Source of the DNA: Capillimicrobium sp.
Lineage (GTDB): Bacteria; Actinomycetota; Thermoleophilia; Solirubrobacterales; Solirubrobacteraceae
Length of the DNA: 40,000 nt
Direction of reading: 5' to 3'
NCBI GenBank assembly: GCA_035565675.1
Contig: DATMSA010000037.1
Coordinates: 13,173-53,172 of the forward strand
Positions 17,789-25,072 of this stretch are shown here, one piece after another. Positions within the stretch are counted from its first letter, which is position 1, and every line of letters begins with the position of its first letter. Under the pieces are notes generated by a model. The model had not been told where the DNA came from. It did no database searches and was given only the letters and a program-made list of their open reading frames with translations. The position numbers and the translations under genes were made by a program.

Positions 17789-19132
17789 ATGGGCCCAGAA
17801 GGGGTCGACGTCTGTCCGACGCTTGCGCTTCACTCCTCCTGCGTGAGCACCATCGTCGAGCAGCAGGACGCGGCCACTGATCCTCGCGCGCTTGTAGCCG
17901 ATCCGACCTCTATCGAGTTGTTCGCTGGCGGCGGCGGGATGGCCCTCGGTCTTCACCTTGCAGGCTTCTCCCACAAGGCCGTGAACGAGCTTGACGGTCG
18001 ATCTGTCGAGACGTTGGAAGCGAACCGGCGGCAAGTCGGCGGATGGCCGCTCAAGCCCGGCGATGTGACGAAGCAGGCGTGGGACGGCTTCCATCGCGAC
18101 GTGACGCTGATCGCGGGTGGCGCGCCGTGCCAGCCGTTCAGCATCGGCGGCGTCCACCGAGGCGACGGCGACCCTCGCAATCTCTGGCCCGCCTTCATCG
18201 ACGTTGTCGACCGTGTCCGCCCGCTGGCGGCCATCGGGGAGAACGTACGCGGGCTGACGCGGCCCAGCTTCCTGCCGTACTTGGACTACATCTGCGACCG
18301 GCTGTCCGCTCCAACGCTCAAGCCGGAGGTAGACGAGTCGTGGCAGGAGCACGACGCGCGCCTTCGGGAAGCACTCGCGTATGAGGACTTGGAGGACGAC
18401 GAGCGGTACCTGGTCGACCGTCGCGTGGTCCTCGCGGCGGACTACGGCGTCCCGCAGATGCGCTACCGCTTGTTCATCGTCGCGTTCCGCGCCGACACGG
18501 GGGTGCAGTGGAACGCTGATGCTCCCTACGGTGAGCGCTGGACGTGGCCCGAGCCGACCCACAGCCGTGAAGCCCTACTGGCAACGCAGGAAGATGGCAC
18601 GTACTGGGAACGCCACGGGATCGCGCCGAGGACGCTGGACCTCCCCGCGCGTCGTCTCGCGGAGCTTGATCGCGCCCGGAGGAAGATGCTGGTTGGCGAA
18701 GTGAAGCCGTGGCGCACGTTGCGCGACGCGCTGACAGGTCAACTGGACGACGACGGCTTCAAGCCGCTGCCTGAGCCGGTCGACGGGCGGGAGACAGGCG
18801 GCTTCAACTTCCACATCGGCATCCCTGGAGCGCGGCTCTACAAGGGCCACTCCGGCAACGCGCTGGATGCGCCGGCGAAGACGATCAAGGCGGGTGTCCA
18901 CGGTGTCCCCGGTGGCGAGCACATCGCTCTACTTGACGACGGCAGCCATAGGTATCTGACGGTTCGCGAGTGCGCGCGGGTGCAGACCTTCCCGGATTCC
19001 TGGGTGTTCAAGGGTCCGAGGTCGGAGGCCAGTCGCCAGATCGGGAACGCGGTGCCTGTGCGGCTTGCGAGGATCATGGGAGAGCATGTCCGCGACGCTC
19101 TCGCCCGTGGCCTTCAAGGCGAAGAAGACTGA
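17789..19132 (+). CDS. DNA (cytosine-5)-methyltransferase
   Basis: Motif I ELFAGGGGMALG, IV GGAPCQPFS, VI ENVRGL, VIII QMRYRLFIVAF, IX-X RYLTVRECARVQTFPD and QIGNAVPVRLA. The start is uncertain (ATG 17789 or GTG 17844). Confidence 0.9.
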   Translation: MGPEGVDVCPTLALHSSCVSTIVEQQDAATDPRALVADPTSIELFAGGGGMALGLHLAGFSHKAVNELDGRSVETLEANRRQVGGWPLKPGDVTKQAWDGFHRDVTLIAGGAPCQPFSIGGVHRGDGDPRNLWPAFIDVVDRVRPLAAIGENVRGLTRPSFLPYLDYICDRLSAPTLKPEVDESWQEHDARLREALAYEDLEDDERYLVDRRVVLAADYGVPQMRYRLFIVAFRADTGVQWNADAPYGERWTWPEPTHSREALLATQEDGTYWERHGIAPRTLDLPARRLAELDRARRKMLVGEVKPWRTLRDALTGQLDDDGFKPLPEPVDGRETGGFNFHIGIPGARLYKGHSGNALDAPAKTIKAGVHGVPGGEHIALLDDGSHRYLTVRECARVQTFPDSWVFKGPRSEASRQIGNAVPVRLARIMGEHVRDALARGLQGEED

Positions 19133-19568
19133 GCCGCAGCTGCGCGACGCGGCTACCACGTCGCGCATCATGGCGAGGGTCAAGGGTCGCGACACGGAGC
19201 CGGAACTAGCGCTCCGTAGAGCGCTGCATGCTCGCGGCCTGCGCTACAGGGTGCACCCGCGTGACGTGACCGGGCGGCCCGACCTCGTCAATCGCTCGCG
19301 TCGCGTCGCGGTGTTCGTGGACGGCGACTTCTGGCACGGCAACCCGGCGGAGTGGCAGCGGCGTGGGTTCGCGTCGATGGAGGAGCAGTTCCCCAAGGGC
19401 AAGCGCGAGTACTGGACGGCGAAGCTACGCCGCAACATCGCTCGAGACCAGGAGGTCACAGCGGCGTTGGAGTCAGACGGGTGGACCGTCGTCCGGCTGT
19501 GGGAATCCGAAATCCGCGCGAACGTGGAGGGAGCGGCTGACAGGGTGGAAGCTGCATGGCGACACTGA
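19086..19568 (+). CDS. vsr: very short patch repair endonuclease Vsr
   Basis: TSRIMARVKGRDTEPE, LR..LH..GLRYR, VAVFVDGDFWHG and WTVVRLWE. ATG 19086 follows GGGAGAG and overlaps the MTase 3' end by 47 nt. Confidence 0.85.
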   Translation: MSATLSPVAFKAKKTEPQLRDAATTSRIMARVKGRDTEPELALRRALHARGLRYRVHPRDVTGRPDLVNRSRRVAVFVDGDFWHGNPAEWQRRGFASMEEQFPKGKREYWTAKLRRNIARDQEVTAALESDGWTVVRLWESEIRANVEGAADRVEAAWRH

Positions 19569-19900
19569 AGGCACATCCCCTCTGGGCCGAGCACAAGCCC
19601 ACCCCGGAGACTTGGCGTGCGCCCCGAGGTCGCTCGATGGCTGAGGCCGTCGCCGAGCAAGACGACGCGGCTGGAGGCGCTGGTCAGCGCGTGGTGACCC
19701 TCGATGGTGGACGGCGTTCGACCGGGTCCATCGAGTTGAAGTTCCTTGGTGGGCGGCGCATCTACGCCTACCTTCGCTATACCGACAATGGGAGGACGGT
19801 GGCGGTATACGTGGGCGAGGCTACGGGCGAGACGCGCATGGAGCGCCTACGGTCAGCGTGGAGGATCGTGCACGCGCGCGGGTTGACGCGGCGCGGCTGA
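19556..19900 (+). CDS. hypothetical protein (last gene of cassette)
   Basis: 114 aa, overlapping the vsr stop. The conserved-looking C-terminal half is IELKFLGGRRIYAYLRYTDNGRTVAVYVGEATGETRMERLRSAW. I cannot assign a family, and the start is uncertain (ATG 19556 or 19637). Confidence 0.35.
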   Translation: MATLKAHPLWAEHKPTPETWRAPRGRSMAEAVAEQDDAAGGAGQRVVTLDGGRRSTGSIELKFLGGRRIYAYLRYTDNGRTVAVYVGEATGETRMERLRSAWRIVHARGLTRRG

Positions 19901-19939
19901 GCAGTTCAAGCGCATCCTCGGCGGGTGCGCCGACGTCGT

Positions 19940-20284
19940 GGCGTGCCTGGCAGCGTCCGCAACGCTGACGGGGACGCGCACGGCCAGGGCCGCAAGTCGT
20001 ACCGGCCTGGGGAGCGTCACGCCGCGCTCGCCGTCAACCTCGCGGGCAGTATGGCGCTGTCGCCATGGAGACGCACCAGGCCCGCGACGCGCCTTGAGGA
20101 CGCGACGAGGGGACGGCGGCGCGCTGGCCGCCGCCCGCCCATCCCGGCGGTGATCTAGCCGGTCATGGGTTCCTAGGGGCGCTGCGCGAGAAGTTCGCCC
20201 CGTCCCACGCGCGCGTGTCGTCCTCGCTGTGGCGGGGCGTCGACGACGATGATGGGCATCCCTTCGGGAAGCGGGAACCACTGA
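19940..20284 (+). pseudogene. possible decayed middle part of the interrupted M15-like module
   Basis: High GC again, but no single open frame. Weak M15-like strings occur in frame 2 (GSVRNADGDA, PGERHAALAVNL) and then frame 1 (HPFGKREPLM), before TGA 20282-20284 precedes the conserved WEPWHW in frame 2. This is weak, motif-level evidence only. Confidence 0.25.
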
Positions 20285-20335
20285 TGGGAGCCCTGGCACT
20301 GGGGGTTCGTCCTCAACGCCGGGAGCAACGCGGCG

Positions 20336-20815
20336 ATGGCCCGCCGCCGCGGCGGCGACGGGGAGCGCGGCGGCGCGCTGCCGACGTTCGTGCCGGAGCG
20401 CTACGCGCCGGCGATCTCGCGCGCGGCGCAGCGCTGGAACGTGTCGGCGACGCTGCTGGCCGCGCAGCTCCAGAAGGAGTCGGGCTTCAACCCGTTCGCG
20501 GTCTCGCCGGCGGGCGCGCGCGGGATCGCCCAGTTCATGCCGGGCACGGCGGCCGCCTACGGGCTGGCCAACCCGCACGACCCCGACGCCGCGATCGACG
20601 CGCAGGCGCATCTCATGCGCGACCTGCTGCGGCAGTTCGGCTCGGTCCCGCTCGCGCTGGCCGCCTACAACGCCGGGCCGGCGCGCGTGGCCGCCTGCGG
20701 CTGCGTGCCGCCGATCCCCGAGACCACGGCCTACGTGGCGGCGATCCTCGGGCTGATGGGCGGCGCCGGCGACCCGGCCGGCCTGGGCGGCCTGGAGATC
20801 CGGCTGGTGCGCTGA
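20336..20815 (+). CDS. lytic transglycosylase (SLT domain); C-terminal module of interrupted gene or independently expressed remnant
   Basis: LLAAQLQKESGFNPFAVSPAGARGIAQFMPGTA and LALAAYNAGP are SLT family motifs. The same frame upstream reads WEPWHWGFVLNAGS from 20285, immediately after an in-frame TGA. Confidence 0.7.
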   Translation: MARRRGGDGERGGALPTFVPERYAPAISRAAQRWNVSATLLAAQLQKESGFNPFAVSPAGARGIAQFMPGTAAAYGLANPHDPDAAIDAQAHLMRDLLRQFGSVPLALAAYNAGPARVAACGCVPPIPETTAYVAAILGLMGGAGDPAGLGGLEIRLVR

Positions 20816-20833
20816 GATGCCCGACGTCCCCAC

Positions 20834-20882
20834 GTTGCTTGTCAGCTTTTGCGTACCAGGGACGCAAAAGGCGACAAGCAAC
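20834..20882. other. long imperfect hairpin (relatively AT-rich)
   Basis: GTTGCTTGTC-ag-CTTTTGCGT-accaggg-ACGCAAAAG-gc-GACAAGCAAC, 19 nt after the SLT stop. It may be a terminator or a protein-binding palindrome. Confidence 0.5.
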
Positions 20883-20913
20883 GGGAGGGGAGCGGCGCGG
20901 GGAGGAGAGGGCG

Positions 20914-20968
20914 GCGTGTGCCGGGCGCGGCCGGGGACAGGGGGTCCGGCCGCGCCCGCGACACACGC
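20914..20968. other. very stable GC hairpin (13-bp + 7-bp stems)
   Basis: CGGGCGCGGCCGG (20922-20934) pairs with CCGGCCGCGCCCG (20946-20958). The outer pair is GCGTGTG/CACACGC. It is flanked by GGAGGAGAGGG copies at 20901 and 20986. Confidence 0.5.
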
Positions 20969-21216
20969 GGGACAGGTCCTCCGCGGGAGGAGAGGGAGAG
21001 CGCGGAGGTCCCACGCTCTCCATCGGACCCGCGTCCGGCGACCTTGAGCCCCGGATCCCCGAGATCGTTGGGGTTCGGACAATCGTCCAATCGGCCCCGT
21101 CACGGGCCGGGCCGCGTATGGTCCCGGCATGGCCTCACCGCTGGTCGCCTCCGCCGTGATGACGTCGGCGCTCGTGATCGCCGCGATCCTCGCGCTCGGC
21201 CTGCCGCTCTACCAGC

Positions 21217-23424
21217 TCACGCGGGACGGGGTGCTGCCACGGCCGTTCCGGCGCGGTCGCTGACCCCCTGCGGCGCCAGCGTCACCGGGATCCCGTTCAG
21301 GACCGCGGTGCCCGACACCGGCTCCAGCGTCTGCTCGTCGCTGAGCACGTTGCTGTTGGCGCCTGCGTGGCGCGCCGCCGTCGCCCAGCCGACCCCCTCG
21401 GCGTCGTGGCCCCAGCCGTGCGGGATCGACACCACGCCGGCCATCACGGCGTCGGTGACCTCCACCGGCAGCTCGATCTCGCCGACCTGCGAGCGCACGC
21501 TCGCGACCGCGCCGTCCGCGAGGCCCAGCCGCGCCGCGTCGGCGGGATGGACCTGGACCGTGCACCGCCGCGGCCCGGACACGAGCAGCGGCAGGTTGTG
21601 CATCCACGAGTTGTTCGAGCGCAGATCGCGGCGCCCGACGAGCAGCAGCTGCCCGTCGTCGCCCGGCGGCGGCGCCGCCAGCGCGTCGTGCAGGCGGTCG
21701 ACGTCGGCGACCACGAGGTCCGGGGCCAGGCGGATGCGGCCGCCCTCGCCCAGCAGCTCCGGCAGCCGCGGCTCCAGCGGGCCGAGGTCGATCCCGTGCG
21801 GCTGCGCCTCCAGGTCGGCCAGCGTGAGGTCGTAGGGGCCGGCGCGCAGCATCGCGTCGAGGATGCGCTCGGGCCCGCGCCGCGGGGCGAGCGCCTCCAG
21901 CTCGACGCCGAGCCGCTGCGCGGTCGCCGCGGCGACGAAGTCGTCCAGCGCGTCCAGATCGGCGTCCGGGCCCTGGCCGGCCGCGATGCCGGTCAGGCGC
22001 AGCAGCGTCTGCCACTCGTCGGGCATCCCCTCGGGCCGCGGCAGCGCCGGCGGCGAGTAGTTGGCGACGTTGCGCACCGCGAACCCGTACAGCGCGATGT
22101 CGTAGTGCGAGCGCTCCAGCGGCGACGGCGCCGGCAGGATCACGTCGGCGTGGCGGGTCGTCTCCGTCACGTACAGGTCGACGGCGACCATGAACTCCAG
22201 CGACTCCAGCGCCTCGCCCAGCCGTCCCGCGTTGGGCGTCGACACCACCGGGTTGCCGGCCAGCGTGATCAGCGCGCGGACCTGCCCGTCGCCGGGCGTC
22301 TCGATCTCCTCGGCCAGGCAGGCGGCCGGCAGCTCGCCGAACACCTCGGGGCGGCCGCGCACGCGGCTGTGCCAGCGGCCGATGTGCGCCCGCCGCGGGC
22401 CGTCGCCGGTCGCCGGGCGCGTGAACATCGCGCCGCCCTCGCGGTCGAGGTTGCCGGTCAGCACGTTGAGGACGTCGACGAGCCACGAGGCGGTGGTGCC
22501 GAACGCCTGCGTCGTCGTGCCCATCCGCCCGTACACGACCGCGCGATCGGCGGCGGCAAGCTCGCGGGCCAGCCGCCGGATCGTCGCGGCGTCGATCCCG
22601 GTCGGGACCGCGACGAGCTCGGGCGCGAACGGCGCCGCCAGTGCGGCGACCGCGTCGATCCCGTCGCACATCGCCTCCAGGCGGCCGGGAGCGACGAGCC
22701 CCTCCTGGAACAGCGTCGCCACCATCGCCATCAGCAGCAGCGCGTCGGTGCCCGGGCGGATCGGCACGTGCTCGTCGGCCGCCTGCGCGGTGCGGGTGCG
22801 GCGCGGGTCGACGACCACCACCCGCCCGCCGCGCGCCTGGATCGCGCGCAGCCGCCCGCGCACGTCGGGCGCGGTCATCAGCGAGCCGTTGGACGTCAGC
22901 GGGTTGGCGCCGAGGATCAGCAGGTGGTCGGTGCGGTCGAGGTCGGGCACCGCGACCGACAGCGGCCCGCCGAACATCAGCGCCGACGCGAGCTGCTTGG
23001 GGTACTGGTCGACGGTGCTGGCCGAGAACACGTTCTTCGTGCCCAGCGCCTTCAGCAGCACCCGCCCATAGATCATCGCCGACAGGCTGTGGGCGGACGG
23101 GTTGCCCAGGTAGGCGGCGATCGCGTCCCGGTCGCCGCCGGCGCGCTCGAGCACGCCGCGCAGGCCGGCGTCGACGAGCGCGAACGCCTCGTCCCACGAG
23201 CACGGTCGCAGCGTCCCGTCGGCGGTGCGCCGCATCGGCGTGCGCAGCCGGTCGTGGTCCTCGTGGAGCTGCTGCAGCGACACGCCCTTGGGGCACAGGA
23301 AGCCGTGCGAGAACACGTCGTCGGCGTCGCCGCGGATCCGCGTGACGCGGCCCCCGTCGATCGTCAGCTCCAGACCGCACGTCGCCTCGCACAGCGGGCA
23401 TGTCCGGATCGCGGTGGCGGACAT
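21217..23424 (-). CDS. molybdopterin-dependent oxidoreductase (MopB superfamily, N-terminal 4Fe-4S motif)
   Basis: 735 aa. CPLCEATCGL...C is the Cys cluster, and GFLCPKG and the overall length match formate-dehydrogenase-like molybdopterin oxidoreductases. Confidence 0.85.
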   Translation of the reverse strand: MSATAIRTCPLCEATCGLELTIDGGRVTRIRGDADDVFSHGFLCPKGVSLQQLHEDHDRLRTPMRRTADGTLRPCSWDEAFALVDAGLRGVLERAGGDRDAIAAYLGNPSAHSLSAMIYGRVLLKALGTKNVFSASTVDQYPKQLASALMFGGPLSVAVPDLDRTDHLLILGANPLTSNGSLMTAPDVRGRLRAIQARGGRVVVVDPRRTRTAQAADEHVPIRPGTDALLLMAMVATLFQEGLVAPGRLEAMCDGIDAVAALAAPFAPELVAVPTGIDAATIRRLARELAAADRAVVYGRMGTTTQAFGTTASWLVDVLNVLTGNLDREGGAMFTRPATGDGPRRAHIGRWHSRVRGRPEVFGELPAACLAEEIETPGDGQVRALITLAGNPVVSTPNAGRLGEALESLEFMVAVDLYVTETTRHADVILPAPSPLERSHYDIALYGFAVRNVANYSPPALPRPEGMPDEWQTLLRLTGIAAGQGPDADLDALDDFVAAATAQRLGVELEALAPRRGPERILDAMLRAGPYDLTLADLEAQPHGIDLGPLEPRLPELLGEGGRIRLAPDLVVADVDRLHDALAAPPPGDDGQLLLVGRRDLRSNNSWMHNLPLLVSGPRRCTVQVHPADAARLGLADGAVASVRSQVGEIELPVEVTDAVMAGVVSIPHGWGHDAEGVGWATAARHAGANSNVLSDEQTLEPVSGTAVLNGIPVTLAPQGVSDRAGTAVAAPRPA

Positions 23425-23433
23425 GGGCGGATG

Positions 23434-25047
23434 CTACTCCCGTGTCAGCAGGCCGCGCTCGGCCACCAGCCCGGCGTCGAGCGTCTTGTAGCCGACCGAG
23501 TCGAACACGACCGTGAGCTGGTCGCCCTCGATCCGCCCGATCGTGCCCTCGCCCCACTCGCCGTGGGTGACCCGGTCGCCGACCGCGAACCCGGCCGCCT
23601 CCGGGGTCGCCGCCTCGTCCTCGCCCAGGCCGGCGTCGCACAGGTCGCAGTTCCCGCACGGCGGGTCGTAGGCCTCGCCGAAGTAGCCGAGCACGAACGC
23701 GCGGCGGCAGCCGCGCCGCTCCTCCGCGTAGGCGCGCATCATCTCCACGCGCGAGCGGTCGAACGCGTGGCGGTCCTCCTCGGCCCGGGCCGCGTGCTCG
23801 ACGGCCTCCTCGATCGCGTCCAGCCCGCCGACCGCGCGCACCCGCCCGTCGTCGCGCACCTCGAGGAAGCCCTCCTCCTCGAGGCGGTGCACCGCGGTCG
23901 CCAGCTTCGTCTTGGACAGCCCCAGCTCCTCGCGCACGTCGGAGGGGTCGACGGGCCGGTTGGCGACGGCGAGCACGTGCGCGACGCGCTCCATCGCCGC
24001 GCGGTCGACCACGCCGCTCGCGAAGAAGCGCCGCAGCCCGAGATCCTCGGGCCGGTAGAACAGCAGCGCCCGTGCCGGCTGCCCGTCGCGCCCGGCGCGG
24101 CCGACCTCCTGGTAGTAGGCGTCCAGCGACGCGCTCACGTCGTGGTGGAAGACCCAGCGCACGTCGGGCTTGTCGACGCCCATGCCGAAGGCGATCGTCG
24201 CCACGACGACGTCGAGGCCGCCGTCCTCCATGAACGCGGCCTGCACCTCCTCGCGGCGCCCGCCGCTCAGGCCGCCGTGGTAGGCGGCGGCGCGCACCCC
24301 GCGCGCCGCCAGCTCGGACGCGACCTCCTCGGTCGCGCGCTTCGTCGCGACGTACACGATCCCCGGCCCCTCGGCGGCGACCACGGCGTCGACCAGCGCG
24401 CGGCGCTTGTGGCCGGCGTCGCGGAAGTGCTCGACGCCGAGCCAGATGTTCGGCCGGTCGAACCCGCGCACGACGATCTCGGGGTCGCGCAGCCGCAGCA
24501 GCTCGACGATGTCCTCGCGCACCGGCGGCGTGGCCGTCGCGGTCAGCGCCAGCACGGTGGGGCGCCCGAGCCGGTCGATCACGTCGTCGAGGCGCAGGTA
24601 GTCGGGCCGGAAGTCGTGGCCCCACTCCGACACGCAGTGCGCCTCGTCGACCACGAACAGCGAGACGCGCGCCTCGCTCAGCCGCGCCAGGACCTCCTCG
24701 TTGGCGAGCTGCTCGGGCGCCAGCAGCACGTACTCGAGCTCGCCGTCCTCGGCCTCCTCGAACACCGCCTCGCGCGCGCCGGCGCTCAGCGTCGAGTTCA
24801 GGACCGCGGCGTCGTGCTCGCCCTGCACCTGGTCGCGCTGCAGCGCGATCAGCGGCGACACGACGACGGTGGCGCCGTCGATGAGCTGGCCCGCGATCTG
24901 GTAGATCGCGGTCTTGCCCGACCCGGTCGACATGATCGCGACGGTGTCGCGGCCGGCCAGGACCGACTCGATCGCCTCGCGCTGGCCGGGCCGCAGCGCC
25001 CGGAAGCCGAAGCGCTCGCGGGCGATCTCGTCGATGCGGTCGGGCAC
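23434..25047 (-). CDS. recQ: RecQ-family ATP-dependent DNA helicase with C-terminal Tudor-like domain
   Basis: FRALRPGQREAIE, MSTGSGKTAIYQ, DEAHCVSEWGHDFRPDY, ALTATA, ATIAFGMGVDKPDVR and QEVGRAGRDG. A Cys cluster CGNCDLC is followed by GDRVTHGEWGEGTI..V.F...GYKTL. Confidence 0.9.
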   Translation of the reverse strand: MPDRIDEIARERFGFRALRPGQREAIESVLAGRDTVAIMSTGSGKTAIYQIAGQLIDGATVVVSPLIALQRDQVQGEHDAAVLNSTLSAGAREAVFEEAEDGELEYVLLAPEQLANEEVLARLSEARVSLFVVDEAHCVSEWGHDFRPDYLRLDDVIDRLGRPTVLALTATATPPVREDIVELLRLRDPEIVVRGFDRPNIWLGVEHFRDAGHKRRALVDAVVAAEGPGIVYVATKRATEEVASELAARGVRAAAYHGGLSGGRREEVQAAFMEDGGLDVVVATIAFGMGVDKPDVRWVFHHDVSASLDAYYQEVGRAGRDGQPARALLFYRPEDLGLRRFFASGVVDRAAMERVAHVLAVANRPVDPSDVREELGLSKTKLATAVHRLEEEGFLEVRDDGRVRAVGGLDAIEEAVEHAARAEEDRHAFDRSRVEMMRAYAEERRGCRRAFVLGYFGEAYDPPCGNCDLCDAGLGEDEAATPEAAGFAVGDRVTHGEWGEGTIGRIEGDQLTVVFDSVGYKTLDAGLVAERGLLTRE

Positions 25048-25072
25048 CGGCCCGACCCTATCCTGAGAGGGG

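Larger units (their letters stand above)
16045..19939. mobile_element. putative integrated recombinase-borne R-M-Vsr cassette (boundaries approximate)
   Basis: The block is visibly lower in GC (for example gggaaaatccctgcttatgggcagtttttcgcgg at about 16945). It holds a serine recombinase at one edge plus a restriction endonuclease, C5 methyltransferase and Vsr. It sits between the N-terminal and C-terminal homology segments of one host gene. The right boundary could lie anywhere from about 19900 to 20284. Confidence 0.6.

Noticed and set aside
20971-21000. CAGGTCC...GGGAGGAGAGG resembling the SRP RNA domain IV motif (CAGGUCCGGAAGGAAGCAGC)
   Set aside because: Only the CAGGTCC heptamer matches. 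The GGAA/GNAR tetraloop context and the flanking helix 8 pairing are not present.
21072-21080. GGTTCGGAC resembling a tRNA T-arm (GGTTCGAATCC)
   Set aside because: I could find no complementary T-stem partner, acceptor stem or anticodon arm around it.
20816-21216. c-di-AMP (ydaO-type) riboswitch, because these often accompany cell-wall hydrolase genes in actinobacteria
   Set aside because: The region lies downstream of the SLT gene, not upstream, and I could not recognise the conserved ydaO core sequences. An Infernal scan is still recommended (see the finding for this region).
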